In this document: in pieces, positions 45,538-64,000 of the stretch
How positions within the stretch are numbered: position 1 is the stretch's first letter
Layout: every line of letters starts with the position of its first letter
Assembly: GCF_009914755.1 (NCBI RefSeq)
Contig: NC_060941.1
From: the human T2T-CHM13v2.0 reference genome, Homo sapiens
Strand: one strand, 5' to 3'
DNA length: 64,000 bases
Translations under genes and position numbers: made by a program
The notes under the pieces: generated by a model
What the model was told of the DNA's origin: nothing
Seen by the model: the letters and a program-made list of their open reading frames with translations, nothing else
The model's database searches: none

Positions 45538-46118
45538 TGAGCCACAGCGCCCAGCTGAAGGTCTAAATTTAGAGTGAAGAGTTTGAGAAGACAAAAAGTA
45601 ACAAAGGTGTGATGGAGTAGACAGATTTATGATTTCCTGAACTCAAAAATAAAGGGAAGGGTCTAAGAAGGGGCAAATAGGAGGGGGAGAAAAGTAGTTG
45701 ACTCCCAAACCAAACTGAAGCCCTTCCTTGCTGAGCTTAGAGGTAAAAGAAAATGAAAGCAAGTTGAGATCCTAAGAAAACAAGAGATTAAAGTTAAATA
45801 AATAAAGAGGAACTCAGAAGTCTGAGCAATAGTCAGAAAAAAATAGGTGAGAGTACTGTATTACAGACAGATACTTTATATGAATTCTTTATTTGGGTGA
45901 GTCTGAGATTAAATCTGTGGCTTTGCAAGAAAGAAGTTGATTTCAGAAGAGAAAAATTGGCAGTGTAGGAATATCTAAAAGGCAAGGGAGAAATGCTGAT
46001 TGCGAAGAGGAGTTTATTCAGAAAGAACAGTAATATTATGATACTCATTATTAGAAATAATGTGCCCCTATATTAATTACTATGTTGGGTACTTTTTTTT
46101 ATTTTTTTATTTTTTTGA

Positions 46119-46277
<159 letters not shown>

Positions 46278-46506
46278 TAGTAAAGACAGGGTTTCACTGT
46301 GTTAGCCAGGATGGTCTCGATCTCCTGACCTCATGATCCGCCCGCCTCGGCCTCCCAAAGTGCTGGGATTACAGGCGTGAGCCACCGTGCCCTGCCTGGT
46401 ATTTTTTTTATAGTTGGCATTCCTGGTACATCCATCTTATTAGTCGTGCACATAATTGTCCTAAAGATCCTGCCTTTGGGAAGTGAACATTCTTTTTCTT
46501 TTTTGA

Positions 46507-46647
<141 letters not shown>

Positions 46648-47240
46648 TAATTTTTGTATTTTTTCAGTAGAGATGGGTTTCGCCATATTGGCCAGGCTGG
46701 TCTCAAACTCTTGACCTTAGGTGATCTGCCCACCTCGGCCTCCCAAAGTGCTGGGATTACAGGCCTGTGCCACCACGCCCAGCTATGGAAAGTCAATGTT
46801 CTATAATGGGGAGAAGACAGAAAATAAATATGTAAATATGCGTGTGGGTAGGGCAGGAGGTGTGATAAGCATCTGGGAAGTAGTCAGGGAGGGAATCACT
46901 AGTAAGCCAAGAACAGAAGGGAGCCAGGCTTGCAGGTATCTGGGGGATGAAGATTCAGGCAGAGGCTACCACGGGTGAGAGAACCCTGAGATGAGAGCAA
47001 TCAGATCACATCTGGCCTGTTTGAAGAACAAGGAGGTCAGAGTGACAAGAGCAGAATGAGTGAGGGCGAATGTCCTAGGAAATGAGGTTTAGGGCAACTT
47101 GGCCATTATAGGGGTTGGTGTTTTCGGTTTCTACTTTTTTAGAGAAGGAGGCCTCGCTATGTTGCCCAGGCTGGTGTTGAACTCCTGGGCTGAGGCGATC
47201 CTTCTGCCTTCATCTCCCAAGTAGCTGGCCTCTTAAGTAG

Positions 47241-47442
<202 letters not shown>

Positions 47443-47709
47443 TAATTTTTTTGTTTTTTGTAGAAACAGGGTCTCACTGTGTTGCCCAGGCTGGTCTTGA
47501 ACTTCTGGACTCAAGTGATCCTCCCACCTAAGCCTCCCAAAGTGTTGGGATTACAAGCATAAGCCACCTCAACTGGCCAGGACTTGGCTTTTAATCCTAG
47601 TGAGATGAGAAGCTATTGGGGGTTTTGGGCAAGGAAGTGGCATGAGCTGACTTACATATTAAAAGAATCATTCTTGCTGCTGTGTGGTGACTAGATTGGG
47701 CAGAAGTTA

Positions 47710-48081
<372 letters not shown>

Positions 48082-48443
48082 TTAATTAATTAAAAAAAAA
48101 GAGAGAGAGGAGCTCAGTTTTGGATAAATTTGAGGTGACTGTCAGATATCCAAGTGACAAGAAGGCAAGTTGGTGTTCAAGTTTCAAGTTAAGAGGTGTC
48201 ATTTGGGCCTAAGATTTGAATTTGGGTGAGGTGCAGTGGTTCACGCCTGTAATCCCAGCTAAGGCAGGAGGATCTCTTGAGGCCGGGAGTTCAAGACCAG
48301 CCTGGACAACATGTCAAGACCCTGTTTCTACAAAATATGTTAAAAATTAGCTGGGTGTGGTATGTCTGTTATCCTAGCTACTCAGGAGGCTGAGGTGGGA
48401 GGATCCTTTGAGCCCAGGAGTTTGAGGCTGCAGTGAGCTATGA

Positions 48444-48626
<183 letters not shown>

Positions 48627-49174
48627 TAAAAAAGAAACTATACCTTTGGCCACAGAACCTCCAGTTTTTTTTCTATGGGAAGCAATTTGTAACACATCAT
48701 TGTCAATTCACTTTTATTTTATGGGCATTTACTGCAAAAATACAAGCAATTCCACATCAAAGACATTGTCTATATTTAACAGAGGCCTGATAGATGGGTG
48801 GGTCTATACATAAGAATTGCCTTGGGACTTCCTCTGTGTCATTAAGAAAGAATTTAACATTAGCTTAGTAACCAAACAAGATCAAATATACAGGTATTTA
48901 AACACAAACACACACACAAACACTTAGCCTTTGTTGGAATTAAGCAAGTAATATTTAATAAAACAAAAATTAATTGTAGGCTGGGCACAGTGGTTCACAC
49001 TATACCCAGCACTTTGGGAGGCCAAGGTAGTTGGATCGCTTGAGCTCAAAAGTTTCAGACCAGCCTGGATAACATGGCAGAATGCCATCTCTACAAAAGA
49101 AATACAAAAATTGCCTGGCATGGTGGCATGTGCCTGTAGTCCCGGCTACTTGGGAGGCTGAGGCCAGAAGATCA

Positions 49175-50088
<914 letters not shown>

Positions 50089-50681
50089 TGATTCGCCCAC
50101 TTCGGCCTCCCAAAGTGTTGGGATTACAGGCGTGAGCCACCATGCCCGGCCTTCATTTTTTAATCGTCAGAAATTCCTGTTAGTACACTTTTCTTTCAGA
50201 GGCTGTTTACAGAGGTGGGTCAAGACCTTATTAGTTTTTTCACACAGACATGGAGGATTAAAGAGATCATCAGAATGCCTCGAAGAGAATAGGTTGACAG
50301 TCTTCTTAGATTATCTTGGTGTGCCATACCCCCTCCTGCGTTTTGAGAACCCCTGCTTTCAGAGACTGTCACTTATCTGAGAACAGATGCTGTCACAGAC
50401 ATGCACAGCCTCATATTCTTTTCCTCTTTGTCTTATCATTCCTCTCTGGTAACTTTACTGTTTTGTTCCTCTTTTTGCCTTTTGTGTCCCACCCCCATTT
50501 AAAAAAATGTGATGATCAGCCACGGCAGATTGTACATTGTTAATGGAACATCATGACTGTCCATAATGATGATAGCAATAGCTTCAAGGCTCTTCGTAAG
50601 TAGATATTGCGACTTCATTGGTTGAGAAGAAACAAAGATACAATTCTTGCCAGACACTTGCTGAGGACAGGACTTAAAACC

Positions 50682-50706
50682 ACAGTGCTTGGCCAGTAGA
50701 TGGCGC
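50682..50706 (+). promoter_or_regulatory. CTCF motif (core CCAGTAGATGGCGC, with an upstream CAGTG module)
   Basis: Matches the CTCF consensus CCASYAGRKGGCRS at 50693-50706. Confidence 0.7.
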
Positions 50707-51246
50707 GCCCCGCCCTCAGTGTGCATGACTTATGAATGAATATGCCCTCCCTATGCCCTGCACCAGCCCCTCCCGCCTCTGCTAGCCCCTCCAGCTCACT
50801 GCTATCAGAACCACTGTCTGAAGCGCAGATTGCCAAGGCCTGGCTTTAAAATGGTGTCATGGGGATTGAATTGGGGAGAGGGATTCTCTGTGAAGGCAAC
50901 GGGTTGAACAGCAGAAGGGTTGAGCTAGAAAGGTGGCCGGGGAGGAGGGGCTTTTGCAGCCAACTGACTCGTCTCATTTGGCTGGAGTTGGGCTGGGAAG
51001 GGTAATGGACTAATGTGGGAAAGGTAGATCCAGAGCCTTGAACCTCCTACCAAAGCATTTTGACTTGCTCAGTAGGCCATAGAGAAGCCCTAAAAGGTTT
51101 TTATATATTTTTAAATTTTAGAGACAGGGTTTCAGCATGTTTCCCAGGCTGGTCTTGAACTCCTGGGCTCATGCGATCGGCCCACCTCCCCTCCCAAAGT
51201 GCTGGGATTACAGGGGTGAGCCACCGAGCCCAGCCAGGAATCACTA

Positions 51247-51701
<455 letters not shown>

Positions 51702-52979
51702 TTACAGTTCGGGAAATTCAGAGAAGTAGCTCCTCAACAGTGTCACCCGTCAGTAGAATACTTCCTTCCAGAATCAGTGTCAGGAAATGTCCAGGAAGCC
51801 AGGAACTGAGCCTACACATCCCGATGTCCCAAGTGCATGCGCATGTGTGGCTAGCCAATCCCTTGCCTTCCTGCCTCTGGGAAGATTATTAGGTCTTCCA
51901 TTTGTTTTCAAGTAAGAAGCAAAAAAAAAAAAAAAAAAAGGAAAAACAGCTTGAGTTTCTTTCCATATCACAGCCTTCCAATGTGTTATTATTCAACACT
52001 GCAGTGTCAGATTTAGATTTTCCACCTCGAGGAATTTGGTTTAGCTTTAATTAGTTGCTGTGAATATTTCTGAGCCAACTCTGGAAAGCATTTATCTGGA
52101 AAATAGTTTCCACTAAAATATAAGCTGGATATAGGGTATCATTTTCCTAGGAGGGTTTGTATCAGTTAACAGTTATAAATTCTCTCCAGCCCTCTGGATG
52201 ACTTTTGCCACAAGCCCATCATCGTCATATTGGTTAATTACTTATTAATTAAACACAATTCAAAATACTGTATTGAGGCATCTGCATCGCCATCTAAGCT
52301 CTAGCTTCAGGACTTCAGAGCGTGAAGATTTTTCGGAGAAAAGATAACGCTTACAGGTTATTCTCATACAGGCAACTGATGCATTTTTCATCCGGCAACT
52401 TTTCATAAAAACAAGCTGAAAAATACCAGACAAATGAAAAACAGACTTCAGCAGTTCCATGCTGCTTCCTGAGTAACTGAAGAATGTGCTTCTTGTGGTT
52501 AAAATGAGAGATCTGTTTAATATGGATCAAATAGCAACACTCCAGGCATTTTCATTGACATTTCACTGTGACTTTTTGAACTTAGGAGTGCGGATACGAA
52601 AACCTACTCTTTCTTTCTGCTGCGCGGAGCCTGCACAATCTGCAGAAAGATTGCAGAGCCGGGCCAGGCGAGGTAACAGGCTACGTGGGGTTCATGTTCT
52701 CTCTGGTTGTTCCCTCCCCGTTTGTACTTCATTTCCATTCACACGGCTGCACTTCCCAGTTTTCCAGGATCTCTCCTCTGAAACCAGGCAAGGGTTTGTT
52801 CCCAAATCCCACCCATTGCCTCTCCAGCCCCAGACTTGCTTACTGGACCACACATAGGTGGTGGGCATTGGTGACTTGTCCCTAGGGTCAGGGGACCAGA
52901 AACTTCCCAGAGGGGCTGGATGGAGCACGGCAGCACTCAGGGCACAATGGAGAGCGGATTCAAAGGGCAAAGGAGCCGA

Positions 52980-54960
52980 GGAAAGCCCCTCTGCCCGAGC
53001 CTCCCCAGCGCCGGCCGGGCTCCGCTCCGGAGCAGCCCCGCCGTCTGGCAGAGACATGCTGTTTTGTTTAAATCCTCCACATTCTTTGCCATTTCCCCAT
53101 TGGCCGGATGGGGCTACCCTCCCCGCCGCGGCCGCTGCTGATGTCAGCCTCGCTCGCGCTCGCTCCTCCCGCACCCACCTCCCGGCCCCAGGCACACTGC
53201 ATCGGCGCGGACGCTCCGGCCCCGGCGAGGTGGCTGCAAACTCGCGGGCACGCACGGCGCCCGGGGAGCCGAGGGACTCGGGGGAGGGGACGCGCGCGGA
53301 AGGCGCCAGCTTCCTCCCGCCCGCCCCTGGCAGCCGCGAGCCGAGGTTGGAGGCGCCCGGGGCCCCAGCCGGGCAGAGCCGAGCGGCGGCGGCGGCGGCG
53401 GCTTCCCTTTTCTCCCCGAGCCGAGCCCCGGAGCGGCGCGGGGACCGGCCCTAAAAAGAGCAGGAAATCTTGTTTACCGCCCGCGGAGAGAAGCCGATCG
53501 AGCCTTTGTCTGGAAAGTCAGCATCTCCGGCTCCGGCTGCAATGTGTTCCTGGTGACATTAGCATCGGGCAGACCCGCCGGAGGAGGGGGGTCGCCAGGT
53601 TCCCGTCTGCTTTCGGAGGCGGATCGAGCGGGTGACTTTTGTGCATTCGTTTTAATTTTTGGAAATCTCTCTTTTTTCCTCCCTCGCTCGCTGCCGGGCA
53701 TGTCCTGATCTGGCGGCCGCTCCTACCACCCTGGGCAGCCGAGCAGAGTGGTCCCCAGCGGGTCTCCCTCCCTGCCTCCCTGACTTTGCAACACCGCGTT
53801 CCGGGAGGACCGGCCTCGGCGAGGGAGGAGGCGGGGGAGCTGCGAACACCCAGACCCAAACCCTGACATGCTCTGGGGCGGAGAGGAGGAAGCCAGGAGC
53901 TGAGCGCGCCGCGGGGGCTGCTTCGCCCTCCGGCTCCGAGCGCCGGGCTCCGGGCGCCCTGCCCTGCGCCTGGGCAGCAGCCTTGCTGGTCTTGGGGGCG
54001 CCCCCCGCTTCCCGCCCCGGGGGTCCGCGGCCGGCAGGACCATGCTGCTGAAAGAGTACCGGATCTGCATGCCGCTCACCGTAGACGAGGTAAGCGCCGC
54101 GCCCGGCCCGGCCTCGCCCGCTCCGGGACCCCCGCCGCTACCGCCGCCTCCTGGCCGGCGAGCCCCGGGCGAGCGGCAGGAAACCCAGGTGGACGTTACC
54201 CCGCAAACCCGAAGCCTGGAGGAGAGGAGGGAGGGGATTTGCGGCTTCCACTTGTCACCCCAGCGGGGGAGGGCGGCGCTGGGTGGGGCGGCGGACTCCG
54301 GGTGGGCTTTTCGGGGGCGCCCAGAATCCAGACTGTTGGGGATCACTATGAGCCAAAGGGAGTGGGTGCGCCCCCTCCCTCCAAATAAGAAAATGAATAA
54401 ACCAAACCCAAGAGCCCCCGGCGCGCGCTGTAGCTGGGGTTTGGGGGGCATCCCGTCCTGGCCGTGGGCCCAGCCTCCCCTCCCCGCCCTCTGCGATCAG
54501 GTAGGGGTGCGAGGAGGAGCCCTGCGCCCTCGGGATCTGCACGCCCCGAGCCCCGCGGGAGGAACCTCTGAGCCCTTAGGGGAGGTCCCTGCGGGGCCCG
54601 ACTTCTCGCCGTCGCCGCGGGCTTGGGCGCAGCTCCCGGCACGTCCGCCCTTCGAGGCTCGGGACCCGGCTGTGTCCTTTCGCAAACCGCCTGGCTCGGA
54701 AACTTTCTGCGTCTCTTGTTTCTTCCGCCGCGGGGAGCGGCGCGCGAGCCGGGAGCGGCGGGGGCTGCGACGCGGCCACAGGAGGGCGCTCCAGCACGTG
54801 GTGCCGGGGCCGCGGCTGCCGGCTGGGGGCGCCGGGCGCGGGGCGGGGGCTCGTCCTCCAAGCGCGGCTCTGCTGTCCTTCTCCCGATCCTGCGAAGCCG
54901 CGAGCTCCAGTATTCAGGAAGTGGTGACTCAGATAGGATTATTCCGGCCCCGGCTTCCCT
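52980..54960 (+). promoter_or_regulatory. PITPNC1 CpG-island promoter, long GC-rich 5'UTR and start of intron 1
   Basis: ~2 kb of very high GC and CpG around exon 1; (GCG)6 at 53383-53400. Confidence 0.88.
54042..54089 (+). CDS. PITPNC1: PITPNC1 coding exon 1 (MLLKEYRICMPLTVDE), cytoplasmic phosphatidylinositol transfer protein; the rest of the gene lies beyond the window
   Basis: PITP-family N-terminal motif KEYRI-MPLTV-E; GGACCATG context; donor GAG|GTAAGC. Confidence 0.93.
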
Positions 54961-55949
54961 TTCTTCCCCTTCTTCCTCCCCACCTTTGTGGTGATTCCAC
55001 GACTGCTGAGCGTCTCTGTCCAGGGACAGCGAGGGAGCCCAAAGCCAAGCAAGGCAACGTGAAACTCACTAGTGTGGTTTGGTGTGGCAACACACATGAA
55101 ATCAGCCACCCAGACCGTCTTTATATTTAAATCTGGTGCCTCGAAACTATCAGATATGTTTTTGAGCCACTACTTGGTGAGAGGGGCGATGTGCTTTGGG
55201 AGAGAAAAAGATGCATAACTGAGAACATGGCTGAGCTCACAGGGGCTGTCCGTATTTGCCATCTGGACCAAGGGTTAAGGTAAGACCCAAGTACAATCCA
55301 AGACAAGATCAAAGTAGCTGCAAGTTTACAAAACGCATCACGGGGACACAGGCTGCCAAGGAGGGAGAGATCAGCTTCCACCAGAATGAACAACCGAGTT
55401 TTGGAGTTCGTTGGCATTTGAGGAGGTAGCATTTAAGCAGGGTCTGGAAGGGTGGATGCCAGGTGGGTAGACAGAGATTCGAGTTGCATATGACCTTGTA
55501 AGTGGAGAAGCAGGACATAGCTTTGTGGAGAAAGAGAAGGGCAAATGAATGGGACTGGTTAATAGGAGTCTTTCCAGAAAAGGTGGAGATTGTCCCACCT
55601 TGTGGGCAGTTGAGCTAGAGTAATTCAGCTGGGAGGCATGGATCCCTCTACTCCATATCCTAATGACCTTGTTTTTTGATATGAGTTTGGATTCTAGGAG
55701 CAATGTTGGGACTGCATGAAATACACAGAAAATTGCAGGTGATAATCAAGAAAAGAACCAGTTCTAGAATCTTCTCTACTAACTACAAAATCTCTTTATC
55801 CTAGTTGGTTCCCTTTTCAGGCTTTCTGAAACACTCAGGCAGATGCTTTTCCCACTTTTGTTTTTGTACCGAAATACCCACAGGTATACCGTGGGGTAAT
55901 TACATTTGAATGATATAGGTGGAGGCCCTTCCTTCCTTCCTTCCTTTTT

Positions 55950-60613
<4,664 letters not shown>

Positions 60614-60985
60614 TTGTTCTCAGTTTTAAACCATTTTCCTGAAATGCATCTGCAAACATATCAAGGCAGAAATTATTGAAAGGAAGAGATTTTAAGTTTG
60701 CTGCTGGCGTCAATACCTCTGAATATAAAGGATAAAGACTCCTTGGATTAATCTCACAGACTTTCCCCAAGGTTTCTTGTAAATGTAATTTGGAAAATGT
60801 TTTCCTTGTCTGGTATAAAAATTTTATTCTGAATAAGATAATTCTATAAAAAGTTTTCTCAAGAACGAGCACAATTTTGAGAGGTTGTTTTATTTTATTT
60901 TAAATTTTCTGTTGAGAAGGGACCAAGGTCAGGGTCATGCGTGTGATTTCTGTGTGATCCAGGTGGTTTCCTTGGTGGCTTGTTC

Positions 60986-61582
60986 TGGGAGGTGAAGCCA
61001 GTTGGACTTCTTGGTCCGGTGGGGACTTGGAGAACTTTTCTGTCTTACAAGAGGATTGTAAAATGCACCAATCAGCGCTCTGTAGCTAGCTAGAGATTTC
61101 TAAAATACGCTAATCAGCAGGCTGCAAAAACGCACCAATCAGGTCTCTGTGGCTAGCTAGCGGTTTCTAAAATGCGCTAATCAGCACTCTGCAAAAACGC
61201 ACCAATCAGCTCTCTGTGGCTAGCTAGAGGTTTGTAAAATGGACCAATCAGTGCTCAGTAAAATGCACCAATCAGTGCTCTGTAAAATGGAGCAATCAGC
61301 ACTCTGTAAAATGGACCAATCAGCAGGACATGGGCGGGGACAAATAAGGGAATAATGGCTGACCACCCCTCCCCCCTCCCCTCCCCCCAGGCACCTTCCA
61401 GGCTGTGGAAGCTTTGCTCTTTTGCTGTTCACTCTTTTGCTGTTCACACTAAATCTTCCTGCTGTCCGCTCTTTGGTCCGCACCACCTTTAAGAGCTGTA
61501 ACACTCACCGTGAAGGTCCGCGGCTTCATTCTTGAAGTGAGCGAGACCAAGAACCCACCGGAAGGAACCATCTCCGGACACA
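60986..61582 (+). mobile_element. ERV9 solo LTR (LTR12 family, LTR12F-like), sense to PITPNC1
   Basis: TG..AGGTGAAGCCAG start; CCGGACACA end; TSD GTTC (60982-60985 / 61583-61586); tandem CCAAT repeats. Confidence 0.88.
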
Positions 61583-62069
61583 GTTCCACAGCCAGGGGAC
61601 AGTGGAGGTTTGGCTAGCTGTCTGGCAAAGCTCCGGTTTTTTTTTTGTCATAACGGGCACAGGGAAAGGAGGGCGGGTAAATAGATTTGTGCAAACCTTT
61701 CAACACTAATGGAACAGACAAGGAGCAGATGCTGTCCTCCTGGCTGGTCAGTGAAATTGACTCTGTCCATGAAGGAAGCTGCATTTTCCCAGTGACTTGG
61801 GTGGAAGTACCTGGCGCAGGAGATAGATACAGGGATCAGGGAAGCAAACTGTTGTTAACAAAACCCTGGTTAAAAGTAGGTAGTAATTAACTTTTGCTTT
61901 TTCTTATTGTGATATGGAGGAAGTTCCTAAGGCTCTTGAAAGTCAATTTAGAAACCTTGTGTCTGATTGCGTGAGTGTGACTGATACTCCAAAGCAAAGC
62001 GAGTAATATTCATTTCAGTAAGGCTGTCGTTTCAGGCGAATGGAGAATATTATTTATTGTAGGCATTAA

Positions 62070-62390
<321 letters not shown>

Positions 62391-63036
62391 TAATATAGTT
62401 TAAACATTCAACCTCTTTAAGAGCTTCCCCTCTCCTAGGGATGTGTAGGTATGAGATGGGGAGTGGGGAATCACAACGTTTTGGGTTTTTAAAAATGTGA
62501 AAGTGTATGCACAAAGGCAGTAAATGTGTTTTTCAGAAGCAGTAATTACTGGAAAAGTACATCTAGGTTCATTGCTTTAGCGGCCTGAGTGAGATCGCAG
62601 CACCCTGGCTGGCTTGTGTGGGCTTTGGCCTGTTTTCTGTTGCCTGGAGGTCTGTAGTGTTAGGCAAGTCTGAAAACTAGGTAACACTTTTGCCCTGTAT
62701 CAGAGAAACAGACTGAGTTCTAGAAATCAGCTAACTTGTACTGAGAAGGTTTTATGTATCTTTAACAAATTCAGCCCACCGGGAGAGGAAAAGGAGAATT
62801 TCAGACTAGAAATCAGGAATTTTGTATATTCCCAAGTGAAGATTTTTCTTGTAGGTTACAAGGAGGATGAGGCGCAAATATATTACAAATATTAAAACGG
62901 ACAAACCAATCGTATCTGGAAAATGTAGAGTTGTCTGGAAAAATAATCTTGGAAACTTTACTTTTTGTACTATGCAACCTCTAATTTACAAATAACATCC
63001 AAATCATTCAAACGAACAGCGTCGCAGGGCTGCACA

Positions 63037-63050
63037 CCGCCAGGGGGCGC
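63037..63050 (+). promoter_or_regulatory. CTCF motif CCGCCAGGGGGCGC in PITPNC1 intron 1
   Basis: Near-consensus CTCF core within a locally CpG-rich patch. Confidence 0.7.
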
Positions 63051-63264
63051 CATTTACATGGGACCCAGTGGGAGTAGAGCAGTGTGATGGCCTGCAACTG
63101 ACCAACCTGCCTTTTACTGCCCTTTCATGCTCCCAGCCCCTGCTGCTCTCCTGGGTTAGAAATTGAAAGTTTATACCAAACTCATGGGTTTACAAGTGGA
63201 AACATCACACCCTTAGCATCGTCTTTCCTGAACACTCCATCTACAATAGCTTTTTCCTCATCTA

Positions 63265-63583
<319 letters not shown>

Positions 63584-63709
63584 TTAATATTCTCGCTATT
63601 TATATCCTCTATTATCTGCCTCTCCACGCCTGTTTATTCCTTCAGAGCATTTATCGCAATTTGTACTTATTTTGTTTAATTGTTTGTTGTCTATCGCCAT
63701 CATTATCTT

Positions 63710-63886
63710 TTCAACATGTAATCCACATGAGAAAATACTGATACAATCTTTTCACTTATTTTTTTCACACTAAGTCTTTGAAATCAGGTGTGTATTTTCC
63801 GTGGACACGCATCTCAGTTTCACTGGCCGCTCTGCAGTGCTCAAGGACCATGTGTGGCTTGTGGCTGCCATACTGGACAGTGCAGG
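63710..63886. mobile_element. MER3-like DNA transposon fragment
   Basis: Ends CATGTGTGGCTTGTGGCTGCCATACTGGACAGTGCAG. Confidence 0.55.
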
Positions 63887-64000
63887 TCTGGTGCTTAAAC
63901 TTAGGGTCCACACATAGTAAATACTTGCTGAATGAATGGATAGGAAGAAGCTGAGGAAAACAGGAACTTTTTAAGGAACCCTGATCCTCTATGTCCTCCT

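Noticed and set aside
53383-53401. (GCG)6 in the PITPNC1 5' region as a repeat-expansion locus
   Set aside because: Short and typical of CpG islands; nothing in this sequence indicates instability
52692-54994. Many overlapping 100-240 aa ORFs on both strands
   Set aside because: Artefact of extreme GC content; no recognisable domains
54042-55130. 362-aa ORF starting at the PITPNC1 ATG
   Set aside because: Only the first 16 codons are PITP-like and a strong donor (GAG|GTAAGC) follows. The rest is Pro/Gly/Arg/Ala-rich read-through expected in a stop-poor CpG island.
61060-61325. Regularly spaced repeats superficially like a CRISPR array
   Set aside because: These are the ERV9/LTR12 U3 CCAAT tandem repeats; no unique spacers, and the DNA is eukaryotic

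Overview
Human genomic DNA. The proteins match human PSMD12 and PITPNC1, and a human-specific L1HS-Ta element is present; from recall this is 17q24. The window holds the complete PSMD12 gene on the minus strand (26S proteasome lid subunit Rpn5; 11 GT-AG exons; 1371-nt CDS = 456 aa plus stop; ATG 42422, stop 16748) and, diverging from it, the CpG-island promoter, first coding exon (54042-54089) and start of intron 1 of PITPNC1 on the plus strand. The rest is dense in transposable elements, with about 60 Alus. Positions 1-9.6 kb are a decayed ERVL-class provirus (LTR16-type LTR, relic protease and RT motifs) carrying nested insertions: HERV-K LTR5, HERV-H LTR7, MST, a full THE1 element, several Alus, and a young L1HS-Ta with a 3' transduction. 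Most notable: (1) the L1-Ta transduction, terminated at a captured LTR poly(A) signal; (2) a 26-bp locally templated insertion; (3) a MER85 piggyBac MITE with the PGBD3-binding palindrome in PSMD12 intron 1; (4) an inverted Alu pair in the inferred long PSMD12 3'UTR; (5) an LTR12 that keeps its CCAAT array but has both AATAAA motifs altered; (6) three AREs around the PSMD12 TSS, two CTCF motifs and three PITPNC1 uORFs. I found no evidence of a new protein-coding system; nearly all other ORFs in the track are Alu- or GC-derived. Repeat family names come from visual recognition, not a database search, and repeat boundaries are approximate unless TSDs are cited.
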